Assembly (NCBI GenBank): GCA_023515795.1
Contig: JALGPX010000043.1
Coordinates: 1-64,000, forward strand
Origin: Amoeboaphelidium occidentale
Taxonomy: Eukaryota
DNA: 64,000 nt
Direction: 5' to 3'
Of the stretch, positions 8,889 to 19,364 are shown one piece after another. Position 1 is the stretch's first letter, and each line of letters opens with the position of its first letter. A program made the position numbers and the translations under genes. The notes below the pieces were generated by a model. The model was not told where the DNA came from and did not search any database. It saw only the letters and a program-made list of their open reading frames with translations.

Positions 8889-11813
8889 TTATTTCACTTC
8901 GACCTTTTCTAGATCTGAAGCCAAACTTTCTACCGATGAGCTCTCCTTAGAATTATCATTAGAAACGCCTAAAGCCATCAAGACTTGCTCCCATGTTCCA
9001 GTTCTTCCTTGGCCAAACACAATCGCTTTCATGCCTTGTTGTCTACAAATTGCACAAGTGTCATCTCTATCATCAATTAATAGTTCTAATTGATTCTGTT
9101 TCATTAACTCTGTTTTCAAAGTACGATCGCGACAGAACATCCAACGTTCCTCTGGGACAATTTGATCAACTTTGTCGGCTAGCAAACGCTCCCTAGTCGC
9201 CATTTCTGTCTTCTCACCACAATAAGATAGAAGCCACATATCAAAGTTATTTTTCTTGAGAAGACTGAGAGAATTAAACGCACCTTTGACTTCAACAGTG
9301 CTGTCTTCCATAACGTGGTCGGCGGAATCAGAGACTTTGACAGACTGATAGATGACATTGCCAATATCAACAGCAATACGCTTCGACTTCAGCTTAATTT
9401 GTTGAGGTAACCTTGTGGTCACAGCTTTGTTTCCGAACTTCATTTCGTTCCCTCCTCTGACAGTTCCATTCAAGATCACAGGTTCATCCAATTTTACAAC
9501 GTGTCCTGACTCATTTTCTAGTAATTCATTCGAATAAACAGGGTATACACCATCAGCCAAAGCCAATGTGATGTGTGCGATCTTGTTTGTCGATGGGATC
9601 GTCTTATCTGCAATCTCGACACGAGCAGTTATGCATTTATCGTCATACACAAGCGATTCCACTTCAACATCTGTCTTTCTCTCTTCTTTCACTAATTTAC
9701 TTAAAGCTATGTAGTCTTTAGGAGTAATGAACATTCCTTGGTATGACAATGTGACATGAAAAATATCGTTCAACTTCTTATTCTCTCTGAATTGTTCTGG
9801 AACGAGATCTATCCAAGGTTTAACGTCAATATTCCTGAAAAATATGGCAAAGTACCCGTAACGACTATCATTTTGTTCTCCAAGAAGATTCTCGTATTCT
9901 ACTGAATATTTCAACGCATCACTTACAATCTGAGTATCAATCTTTTTCAACAACTCAGGAGTTAAAACAGACTTGGCACAGAATTCCAGCATAGACAGTT
10001 TGTCCTTTGTCATATCAACTTTGACCAAGTTTGAAGTGAAATGAGACAGTTTCTGTTGATTCATGGCCAACTTCTTGAAGGTTCCAAGTATCATGCTAAT
10101 ATCTGCGTCAGATCTCAATGTTCTGTGAGAATCGCCGCGAGCATGAAATCTTTCTGTGCATAACTTGATAGTATTCTCCATTTCAAAATCATCCTTATCT
10201 TCAGGATGCATGAAATTTAAAATGTAGTCAAATGGACCATTCATAATATCGAAGATATCTTGCAAATTCTGGGCGTCTCTGTTGCTCTTGTCCATAATGA
10301 TGAAATTTGGTTTACTCTCGTAAGCTGCCCTAAATGCCTTCAAGTATTGCGGTCTCTTTCCAATTTCATCTTGGTTTAGCCATATTGCAGTTTTACCAAG
10401 AGAATGAAAAATGTATTGCAAGCCACGAGCAACCATTGATTTGCCAGAACATGGCAAGCCTCTCATCGCAATAACACACGTGAACTTTGAAGTCTCATAA
10501 TCTCCCCACCAATTCTTTTCCGGAAGGCTTTTAAATGTATTTTGTAATGACAACCACTCTCTTTGTATTTGCATTGCATGAAGCTCGTTCTCTCTTCTGT
10601 AAACCTGAAGCCAGCCACTGAAATTAATCAAAAAATTTAATCTGGTATCAATCCAATTTAAAGCAGCTTCATCGTCATTAAATAGATTCTTTGAAACATC
10701 ATGAACAGAATGTCTTGTCTTCATTGCAGAATCGCCTCTTATAATGCAGCCTCTTGTTGATCTTTCCAATACGTATGCAAGTGACTTTATCTTGCACATA
10801 TAAACAACGTGCGAATCTTCTTCTGCAAAAGGTTTATCAGAATAATAACCTACACAGCCTTCACTATTCTGTTTGTTTTTGATATCGTTAAGAAGTTCTT
10901 CATATTCAACAGAACCAACACGAACTTCAGGAGACATCCACGGAGTTGGAAGACCAAACCCGGAGAACGCCTTTAAAGCAGCAGGCACAGTCAAAGCTGT
11001 CAGATTTCCCATAGAACAATTGTCAGATGTTACAGCAAAAAATCTTATATGATCATCAGAACTTCCGTAATCAACAATGTGCTGACTGAAAGACAAAATT
11101 GCCTCACCTACAGCTGTGTAACTATTATCAGCAAGCCAGGCCTGGAACTCTTTGTTCTTGCACTTCTCCAGAACCAGTTTAGCGATGATCTTGGCAAAGA
11201 CGTACTTATCATCGCTCAATAGTGGCGAATTTAAATCATCAGCATTATGAAACACAATGTGAACGTTCTTGGAACCAGCAAGCCAGTAAAGTTCTCCTTT
11301 ATATCTGAATGCGCTTATTTGAGCATTCTCGCCGTTCTCCTTCTCAAGAACCATCATATACTTGGCCTTATCATAATCACCATAGCAAAGCTTTGCCCTG
11401 TCTTCTAAGTAACCAAATTTGCGCAGGCCTTGAACAGTTCCCAAGCGATTACCATCGGAATCATAAGCCAATGAAGTGCCACGCGGTAACAAGTTCCAAA
11501 TGTCTCGATTCTTGGAGTAAATAGAATCATCGTTACCACGCACGTGAACATTGAACACAACGAACTTGTTGGAATTAGCTGTGGCCTCAGTCATCCTGAC
11601 ACCAATGCGCTTTGCACAGGAATACTTTGACTCCAAATCCTTCAGTAAAACTTCTTTCCAAGTCATAAATCGAACAACGGAATATTTTGAGTTTTTGATT
11701 TTTCTGACTTGGCAATGGCGAACATTTGGGTGGCAGCTGGAGACAACGACTTCCAAACGGTTAAGGTAAATTCCGCAAATGCTTTCGTATTCGCCGATAT
11801 CATAGACTTGCAT
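8889..11813 (-). CDS. Multidomain RNA repair/tRNA-ligase-like protein: ATP-dependent RNA ligase + P-loop kinase + 2H phosphoesterase + HAD-like domain
   Basis: Ligase motif I EKENGE, IV SEGCV, V CKIKS; P-loop GLPCSGKS; 2H motifs FHVTL and AHITL; C-terminal IAVDIGNVI...LIDDR. Single 974-aa ORF; the true start may be further downstream. Confidence 0.8.
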   Translation of the reverse strand: MQVYDIGEYESICGIYLNRLEVVVSSCHPNVRHCQVRKIKNSKYSVVRFMTWKEVLLKDLESKYSCAKRIGVRMTEATANSNKFVVFNVHVRGNDDSIYSKNRDIWNLLPRGTSLAYDSDGNRLGTVQGLRKFGYLEDRAKLCYGDYDKAKYMMVLEKENGENAQISAFRYKGELYWLAGSKNVHIVFHNADDLNSPLLSDDKYVFAKIIAKLVLEKCKNKEFQAWLADNSYTAVGEAILSFSQHIVDYGSSDDHIRFFAVTSDNCSMGNLTALTVPAALKAFSGFGLPTPWMSPEVRVGSVEYEELLNDIKNKQNSEGCVGYYSDKPFAEEDSHVVYMCKIKSLAYVLERSTRGCIIRGDSAMKTRHSVHDVSKNLFNDDEAALNWIDTRLNFLINFSGWLQVYRRENELHAMQIQREWLSLQNTFKSLPEKNWWGDYETSKFTCVIAMRGLPCSGKSMVARGLQYIFHSLGKTAIWLNQDEIGKRPQYLKAFRAAYESKPNFIIMDKSNRDAQNLQDIFDIMNGPFDYILNFMHPEDKDDFEMENTIKLCTERFHARGDSHRTLRSDADISMILGTFKKLAMNQQKLSHFTSNLVKVDMTKDKLSMLEFCAKSVLTPELLKKIDTQIVSDALKYSVEYENLLGEQNDSRYGYFAIFFRNIDVKPWIDLVPEQFRENKKLNDIFHVTLSYQGMFITPKDYIALSKLVKEERKTDVEVESLVYDDKCITARVEIADKTIPSTNKIAHITLALADGVYPVYSNELLENESGHVVKLDEPVILNGTVRGGNEMKFGNKAVTTRLPQQIKLKSKRIAVDIGNVIYQSVKVSDSADHVMEDSTVEVKGAFNSLSLLKKNNFDMWLLSYCGEKTEMATRERLLADKVDQIVPEERWMFCRDRTLKTELMKQNQLELLIDDRDDTCAICRQQGMKAIVFGQGRTGTWEQVLMALGVSNDNSKESSSVESLASDLEKVEVK

Positions 11814-11826
11814 AGAAAGTGGCGAA

Positions 11827-12231
11827 ATGTCCGTGAACGAGCAAGATCCTTCTGGTTACACTCCCTTGCAAGCAGCTGCATCGTGGGATCGTGTCGAAAT
11901 GGTGGAATATTTAATCTCTAAGGGCGCTAATGTTAATTTGGTCGATAGCGAGGGCGATACTGCGCTGCATTACTGCGAGAACGCCAAAATTGCCGAAATT
12001 CTGGTAGAACACGGCGCAGACCCGCTTTTACGGAATAAGTATGGTCTTTTGCCTATTGAGAAGGCGTACTTGGATGGCCATGAGGACGTCGTAGAGTTTC
12101 TAAAGCCTTTATCGCCTGAGATCAATTATGAAGTGTTGCAGCAAGATGTTGGTAATGTTGATAATCAAATGATCGAAGACCTCTTGGCGGAATGCTACAG
12201 CTCTGATGAAGCTGAAGATTGTCTGCGATGA
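11827..12231 (+). CDS. Small ankyrin-repeat protein
   Basis: GYTPLQAAAS, GANVNLVDSEGDTALHY, GADPLLRNKYG. Confidence 0.9.
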   Translation: MSVNEQDPSGYTPLQAAASWDRVEMVEYLISKGANVNLVDSEGDTALHYCENAKIAEILVEHGADPLLRNKYGLLPIEKAYLDGHEDVVEFLKPLSPEINYEVLQQDVGNVDNQMIEDLLAECYSSDEAEDCLR

Positions 12232-12277
12232 GATATAGAGTTATACACATAGATTTTAGTTATATTTCATGAACAGT

Positions 12278-14768
12278 TTAGTATATTTCAGCCATAATGT
12301 TTACGATCAACGCACTCCAGCCTGTAAATGGATGACTTCTTTTGCCTTTTCCATCATTCTGGTCGTATTGTTCCCAGACAAAAGATGTACGCTGATACTC
12401 CGACATGATGTTCTTGATTAGATTTTCCCGCAGGTTCTTGTAAATTTCTGCTGCTTGCGCTTTGTGTTCACATTCTTCAACCATGTAGTATTTCTTTAAA
12501 CTCCTCAAAACGAGATAATTGATATTCACCCATATTGGGCCTCTCCAATAATTTTCTCCTTTTCCGTAAAACTCATCCTGTTGTGATAAAGACCTCAGAC
12601 CATAATCAGTCCATAATCGTTTTGGATCGCTTATTAAATCTAAAAAAGACTTAACTTGAACTGAATTTGTATCAACTAATCCGTGCACAAATGGAAACAA
12701 AGATAGATATCCAGCGTGGCAGAAATAATCGGTCTTTCCATTTTTTATCACTGCATCACAAAACAGGCCTTCTTCTTCGCTCCAATGGTACTTTATCAAA
12801 TTATTCTTAACATCTCTTACTATCTCCTCAAACTTCTTGGAGTCAACTTGATAATTCAACAACGTGGCAATCTCCTGTAATGTTTTTGCGTAGAAACCAA
12901 CCCAACTTATAAGGTCCATGTGAACATCGTTTTCAGACACAGGCCCTTGGCGAGGATAATCATCAAGACCAGAAGGTAAACAATGAGAATCAGTTCTTCC
13001 TCTCCATCGAAACAAAGTTGCGTCTTTGACAGTTTTGCTTATCTGTGTTTTTTGATACCATTCAAAATTCTTCTTCAAGTTACTGTATAAGGATTTTAGT
13101 TGGGTCTTTTTTAATGCTTCTTTGCCAGCATTCCGATCTCTGTCTCCTAAATTTTGACTTCCACCAGTAAATAAGATCTCGTCATTGTTCTGAAACACAA
13201 CTTGCTCTTTAGGAAACGACATGCGATTAGCCAGAAAAGCCAATGGTATAACTAGCGTTGGAGGGTTAGCATAGTGTGGATACTGCACCTGAAATTGTTC
13301 AGGAACCCTTACTCTTGCCTCCTCGCCTAAAATTTGCTCACGAGCTATCCAGCCATTTTTGTCCATGAGATTGAACCAACTTGTTACCATTTGCAACATT
13401 AATCCAGAATCAAATGGCGCGATTAATGTTTGGTGGAATCCTTCATCCCAGAAGAATCCTCTAGGAAAGAATGGTCTTGATGGAGTTGCTGAGAAAAGAT
13501 GCATTGGTTCCGTATGGATGATATCAGGCTGTACATCATTTTGCGAAGACGGAGCATAATCTTCTTTGCCAAAATTAAGTAATGCTTCTAGCTCATCTAT
13601 CTCTTCATTCTTGTCTCCTTCGGAGGATTCATCAAGTTCGTATGGCGCAATATCAACAACCGAATCGCCATAAAAGTACCCAATACCACCCAATACATCG
13701 CTGAAGATACTCTTAGCATTTGAAACCATTTCATTATCAAACCCTTTAGATTTCAATCCAAAAGCTTGCTCGAAATGTGCATCAAACGTTTTCGTTCTGT
13801 CCTTCAGCTTGGAATTAAAGTCCTTTACTATTGCCGAAGCTGCGCTATCTTTGAAACTTTTAGCTTCATCTTCAACATCGCCGTGCTTCTGAACAAAGTC
13901 AAGCTAAAGAATTAATCGAGTTAACGGATAAGCAGAGAAAGAATACCTTAAAATCATGCCTGTAAAACTTTTGAACCACAATGAAATTATCGTTGGGACT
14001 TTCGTGGTCTGGAAACTGCAACAGCATGTGTGGTGGTGGCTGGAACTCGCCCTCGCCCAGATTTTCTAGTTTCTTCCTAGCAAAATTCACCACTGCTCCC
14101 ATCATAGCGTCCTTTAACTTCGGAAAGTGTTTCGGGTCAAAGTGAAACGCATTCAAGATTGTAATTGAATCATCAGAAGGCTCTAAAAAATGAAATAGTT
14201 TTACAAAAAATATACCTGCATCGACAATGTAATGCTCAAACGTGCCTAAGTCTTCCGTATCACCTGTAATTCTGATAGAACCATCCTGTAGCTTTGTCGC
14301 ACTCAAACGATCATTTCCTTCATTGTACACAAAGTAAATAAGTGAAACCCATTGATTATTATCTCCTTCAATTCTCTGAACCCAATTATGAGCTTTACCT
14401 TCGGCATTCTCCTCCTTCAAAAGCGACACCTTCATGCTCAAACCCAAATCGGGATCTTCAATATTCTGAACACTAAAAGTTCTGCCATCGTGGGCCTCAT
14501 AGCCATACTTGAGTTTATGTTCCATGTCACAAGTATAGCGAGCATTTTTCCATTTCTCAAGGTCCGCTGCACCAAACCACATGAGACCAACTTGTAAAGA
14601 ATTATGCGAACGTGTTCTTAGTGAAACATAATGTCCAGGCTTGTAAGTGCCCCAATGCAGAGACTTATTTTCTGCAGTAGCCATCATCAGCTCAATAGGA
14701 GAACCCTCACTTGTGCATAAGGCGGTTGTTAAAACCAGAAAGCAAAGCAGCCCTTGAAAAATGACCAT
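12278..14768 (-). CDS. CWH41: ER mannosyl-oligosaccharide glucosidase I (GH63)
   Basis: Signal anchor, WGTYKPG, PSRPFFPRGFFWDEGFH, SGLDDYPR, YWRGPIWVNINYL, HPFTGW. Confidence 0.95.
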
Positions 14769-14969
14769 AAAATTGTACTCTTGGTAAAACGGCAGTTGTA
14801 AAAGTTAAACAGCTCAGCCTCCCAGAAAGACCGCGATAAGATTTGCAATAACAACGACGCCGTAGACCGTTTCGGGCTGAAGTCAATGCAAAGATCGCTC
14901 GCCCGAATACGGGACAAGTTTCTGGCAAACTCACAAATTCCGTCATTTTCCATCTTGAAGTTTCAGTCA

Positions 14970-15430
14970 ATGTCACAAGTAATTGATATGGACATTTTCC
15001 AAGGGATTCTTGAATTGGACTCCCCTGGGACCACAGACTTTTCCCAAGGCCTGATAGAGACATTCGAACAACAGCTTACGGATAACGTTGCAAAATTAGA
15101 AGAAGCAATGTAACTGATTCTATGAATTCTCCTATTGATTAACTTACACTTTAAAGGAAAGCAAAAGATCTGAAATCTGCATCGAGGATAGCGCATTTTC
15201 TAAAGGGCAGTTCTGCATCATTGGGTATCACTAAGGTTCGCGAGACATGTGAAGCGCTACAACACTACGGAGAACTCAAAAAGAAAGATCCTTCAGGTGT
15301 TACTTTTGTGGCGGTAACAGCGGATGCCGCAGAAAAGGAAATGGTCAACCTCTTGCCAAAGCTCATGCAAGAATTCAACGAATGGAGACAAGTGTATCCA
15401 ACGATCATACAGAACATAAAGCAACGCTAA
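14970..15430 (+). CDS. YPD1: Histidine phosphotransfer (HPt) protein
   Basis: Exon 1 DIFQGILELD...FSQGL; intron 15110-15156; exon 2 AHFLKGSSASLG with the phospho-His. Confidence 0.9.
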
Positions 15431-15553
15431 TAAATACAATTTTTATTTCCTTCGTGTTTAACTCAATGGGGCATCAAGGAAGGGATGACGTCATACCCGG
15501 GCAATCGCATCGCGGCATGCAATCTGAGTTTCACATGGGTACACTTGTGTCAG

Positions 15554-16797
15554 CTATTCATACCAGTGTAGGAACCATAGAATAAACGCCAGTAATAGAA
15601 AGAATAGCAGCATAAAATTACGGTATTCTACTCCGCTCCTTGTAGCTCTTCGGAGTATTTCGTTGCCTCTCAAAACTTTATCTGTTGTTTGGATCGACTC
15701 ATCATGCAGTCGATTGATATCTTGATACTGAGCATTCACGTGCATTTCAAGTTGGTCTTGTAAAGAAGAGATCTCCATAATACTCTGCTCTGCTTTCCTA
15801 TAATGTTAACGCTTCAGATTATCAAATACCTCAGCTCAGTTGCAAGACCATTTAGATGCTCAAATAGGAACTTATTCTCCTTTTCAAGCAAAACTTTTTC
15901 TTGCATTGAAACTTGAGGTTCAGGCTCTTCTACAGGAGAATATTCTGGCGGTAATGAATTCATTGAACCCGTTTGAATTTGATGAGGTCTCTTATTCTCC
16001 GTTTCAAGTGTCACAGCTACTGGCGCACCAGCGAAATCTTCAGTCTTATCCAAAAGTGTCTTGAACCGAATTTCCTGATACTTTTTAAGAACCTCTGAAG
16101 CATCGGATAATTTGTTGCGCAAGTATGTTATGATGATTTGGAAATGCACTTGATAATCCCCGCTTTCACCAACGCCTGACTCTACCATGACCCTTCCTAA
16201 TGCAGCTTTAGTCGTGCAAACAGAAAATCTTACTTGTATCATTTTCCAGAATGCTTATGCGCTCAGAACAGGTCCTCATGAACTGGGAGAATTGCCTTTC
16301 CATATCANNNNNNNNNNNNNNNNNNNAACGCCTGACTCTACCATGACCCTTCCTAATGCAGCTTTAGTCGTGCAAACAGAAAATCTAACTTGTATCATTT
16401 TCCAGAATGCTTATGCGCTCAGAACAGGTCCTCATGAACTGGGAGAATTGCCTTTCCATATCATCCCTGTCTGCTTCTGACATTGTAACGCTGCCTTCTA
16501 ATTGCACATGTCGATTAACGTTTAAATAAGAAACACTGTTCTTCTTTAAAAGTTTCTTCATTTCCATAATGCTTGAGACCTACGCAATGTCAGCTTTTGG
16601 GTTTGCGACAGACTTGAGCATACAATCGACTGTGCTTCGACGGAGAATTGTCGCATTTGCTGACTTCTGGATGCCTTCAGCTTATCCTGAACTTCCTTGT
16701 TCATGTCCCCTTGCTCCTCTTTTATATCATTTATTAAAGATACTTGTCGCTGTCTTCGTTTAATTATGTCCCGGAATGTTGTAGTCAGATCGGCCAT
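15554..16797 (-). CDS. UFE1: ER Qa-SNARE syntaxin-18/Ufe1 (crosses an N-gap with duplicated flanks)
   Basis: N-terminal MADLTTTF, MSEADRDDME, SNARE coil, C-terminal TM ending LWFLHWYE. Confidence 0.85.
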
Positions 16798-16808
16798 TAT
16801 GATTCTAC

Positions 16809-17936
16809 TCAAAAACCAAAGTTGGGAAATACAAATAGGAGTTCCAAATCACGCCCATGATGCCTCTTTAAGTGACTATGAATGCCCTTCACAGTGTACG
16901 TGTTCTCGAATGGATTTGGACACAATAAACAGCGATAAAGCTTAGAATGTTGCGCAGTCTTTAATAAATGCACAAGCCTTCGTATTTCTTCCTCTTTCAA
17001 CTCATTATTGGTTTGTAGCATCTCTCTAATATCTGATCTTGCTATTTGGAGCATTTCTTGTTCAATTCTGTAGAATGATATTTCATCATATTCTTTGACC
17101 AACCATGAAAAGCTGGGAATATCAGGAAACACTTCAAAATGCTGATGCTCCATGGCTTCAAAAACTGTCATTGCTTTTCTGCAGTATTCAAAGCAGCACT
17201 CAAAGAATCTTCCGTGTTCATCATCAAACTCGTGTAACAACTTTGCTTTCTTCTTTAGGTTTTGTTCGGCTGAGTTCAGACTTAATTTGTACTTCTGTCT
17301 GGACTTTAGATAAGCCTTCACTTGATTCCTTTGGATTCTTTCTTCAAATTCTTCGTGTTTAATGCAATCTTTGATAAATGCGTTTAACTCTTTGGTTTTG
17401 TCCTTCAAGCTTTGTCTTGAAACATCATGCTGCGATTGCGCAATTGCCTTCTCAATATCTGCACGCCAGTAAAATATTTCACCATTGATCTCCAGTGAAG
17501 GTAAAGTTCTTAATAGCGGAATATCTTGTGGAATATCATCGTAACCAACGGTGTTGCTACTCAAACACGTTTCGCATAGGCGTCTACGAAATATCCAGCA
17601 CACATTAGTAACAGGACTATAACACCTCTAAACGGTCAATATCTGAGTCTATATCAGAATTACGCAGCATTTAGTCCATGAAACAAGCCAAATATACTGT
17701 CTTGCACTCATTCCAGTCAGAATGCGACCGATGCGCTTCTCTCCATTTGAGGCTGCTCTCTGCCACAAGATGTCATGATGAAGCAGGCCTTTGAATAATT
17801 TGCACGTGAGTTGAACCGAGGGAAGATCTTCTGCAGGTAATAGTGAAATGATCATCAGAATGATCTCGGATGGAAGCTGGCACAATAAGCAGCTCTGATC
17901 TCCTGTTGAATTCGTTCTGTGACTTAAAGTTAACAT
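16809..17936 (-). CDS. F-box protein with Cys/His-rich zinc-finger-like segments, tandem paralog 1
   Basis: F-box LPSEIILMIISLL...LTCK; intron 17628-17663 joins KCC to RCYSP..CWIFRRRLC; C-terminal CxxC..HxxxH. Confidence 0.8.
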
Positions 17937-18024
17937 GATCAAGTTATTATCAGCCGAGCAGAGTTAGTTTTGCGCCTGTAATGCCCTTCAATTCTTAAAG
18001 AGTGATCTAAACCAAAAAAATCTA

Positions 18025-19202
18025 TTAAAGTTTAAAGTACGGGAACACAGTTTCTTCAGAAGGACCCAAATTGTGTATTTTTACCATGTGCTCGGTGACG
18101 CTTCTTAGATTGTAAGTTGTTGCGAATGGATCTGGGCATTTGAGACACCGATACAGCCCGCCGAACGAACCTCTTAGTATACTTATTATTCTCTTGAATT
18201 CTGCTGCAGCTTCGTAAGGATCAGAAAGCCTAGACTTAATTATATCATGCCGTTCAACTTCTCTTTGTAGGCGTGTGTGGACCATTTCTGTATATTCTTT
18301 CAATGCCCAATTGGGAATCGGCGGCTGTATGTACGCTCCATTACCCGTGTGTTGATGTTCATAGGCCTCAAATGCAGTCATAAATCTGTCGCAGAAAGGC
18401 CCACTGCATGTGAACAGGTGGCCTTCTTCGGTGTCAAGATCTAAGAGTTGTTTCATCATGTCTTCGTGATCAACTTTCTCAGCCTTACATTGTTTCTTCA
18501 ACTCTGCTCTTTTCCGTTCATAAGATTTAAAATGCTTCAATTTGAGCCGTTCCTGAAATACTTGATGATCTCTGCATTCTTTCATGAATTGATTTAGTTT
18601 GCTCCTAGCTTCCTTTGCAACGCCAGGGCTCATCTTTCCGATACTTCTCAACTCTAAACAATGAGACCTTCTTCTATAACGGTAAAAATACTTTCAACAT
18701 CCTTTGCCCAGTAATGCACATCCTGGAACGTGTCAAAACAGGGCAGCAAGTTCAGGTTTTGGGGTTTGCGATTGATCATTTCGAATGCAATAGTGTTCTG
18801 GTCCAGACAATTCTGACAGAGCCTTCGCCTAAATACCCAAAATATCCTCGTTGCTCTATCGTTGCATATGACACAGCGTGAACCTGCTACCAGAGCAACA
18901 TACTGTCGATACGTCATATCTGAAAGCACAGGCCCCAGCCTTTCACTATCAAATAAAACAATGTGCTTCCAAATATCGTCATCATAAAGGATGGCCTTGA
19001 ACCTCTTGCACGTCAGTTGTAAGTTAAGAAGGTCTTCTGCGTCGACTTGTTTAAAGATCTCTGCCAGTAGCTCCACAGGCAACTTCCCGAAATAAGACTC
19101 AGACAGGGCATCGTGTTCATTCTTTACAGCTTTTCTTGTGACACCGCCATCCTCGGAAAGCTTTCTCTTACTGACAGCCTTCGAAGATCTTGACGAGGTC
19201 AT
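18025..19202 (-). CDS. F-box protein tandem paralog 2, with a frame break near 18655
   Basis: F-box LPVELLAEIF...LTCK; FWVFRRRLC; C-terminal YRCLKCPDPF...H...H aligns with paralog 1. Confidence 0.75.
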
Positions 19203-19364
19203 GGCGCTAAAGATCAAAAACCACAAAACATGAGGCTAAGCTGAACATTGAAACAAATCGGAGTATTAAACGTTTAACTTATGCGATTACAATTACGGCT
19301 AAACCAATTCGTGTTTGAAAATGTTGCGATTGTTTCATCAAACTGCTGTGCACCACCTGTAACA

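Noticed and set aside
15430..15553. GC-richer spacer with TGACGTCA between convergent YPD1 and UFE1
   Set aside because: No convincing snoRNA or tRNA structure; a single 8-mer could be chance.
16171..16463. ~137-nt direct repeat inside UFE1
   Set aside because: Same N-gap overlap artefact.
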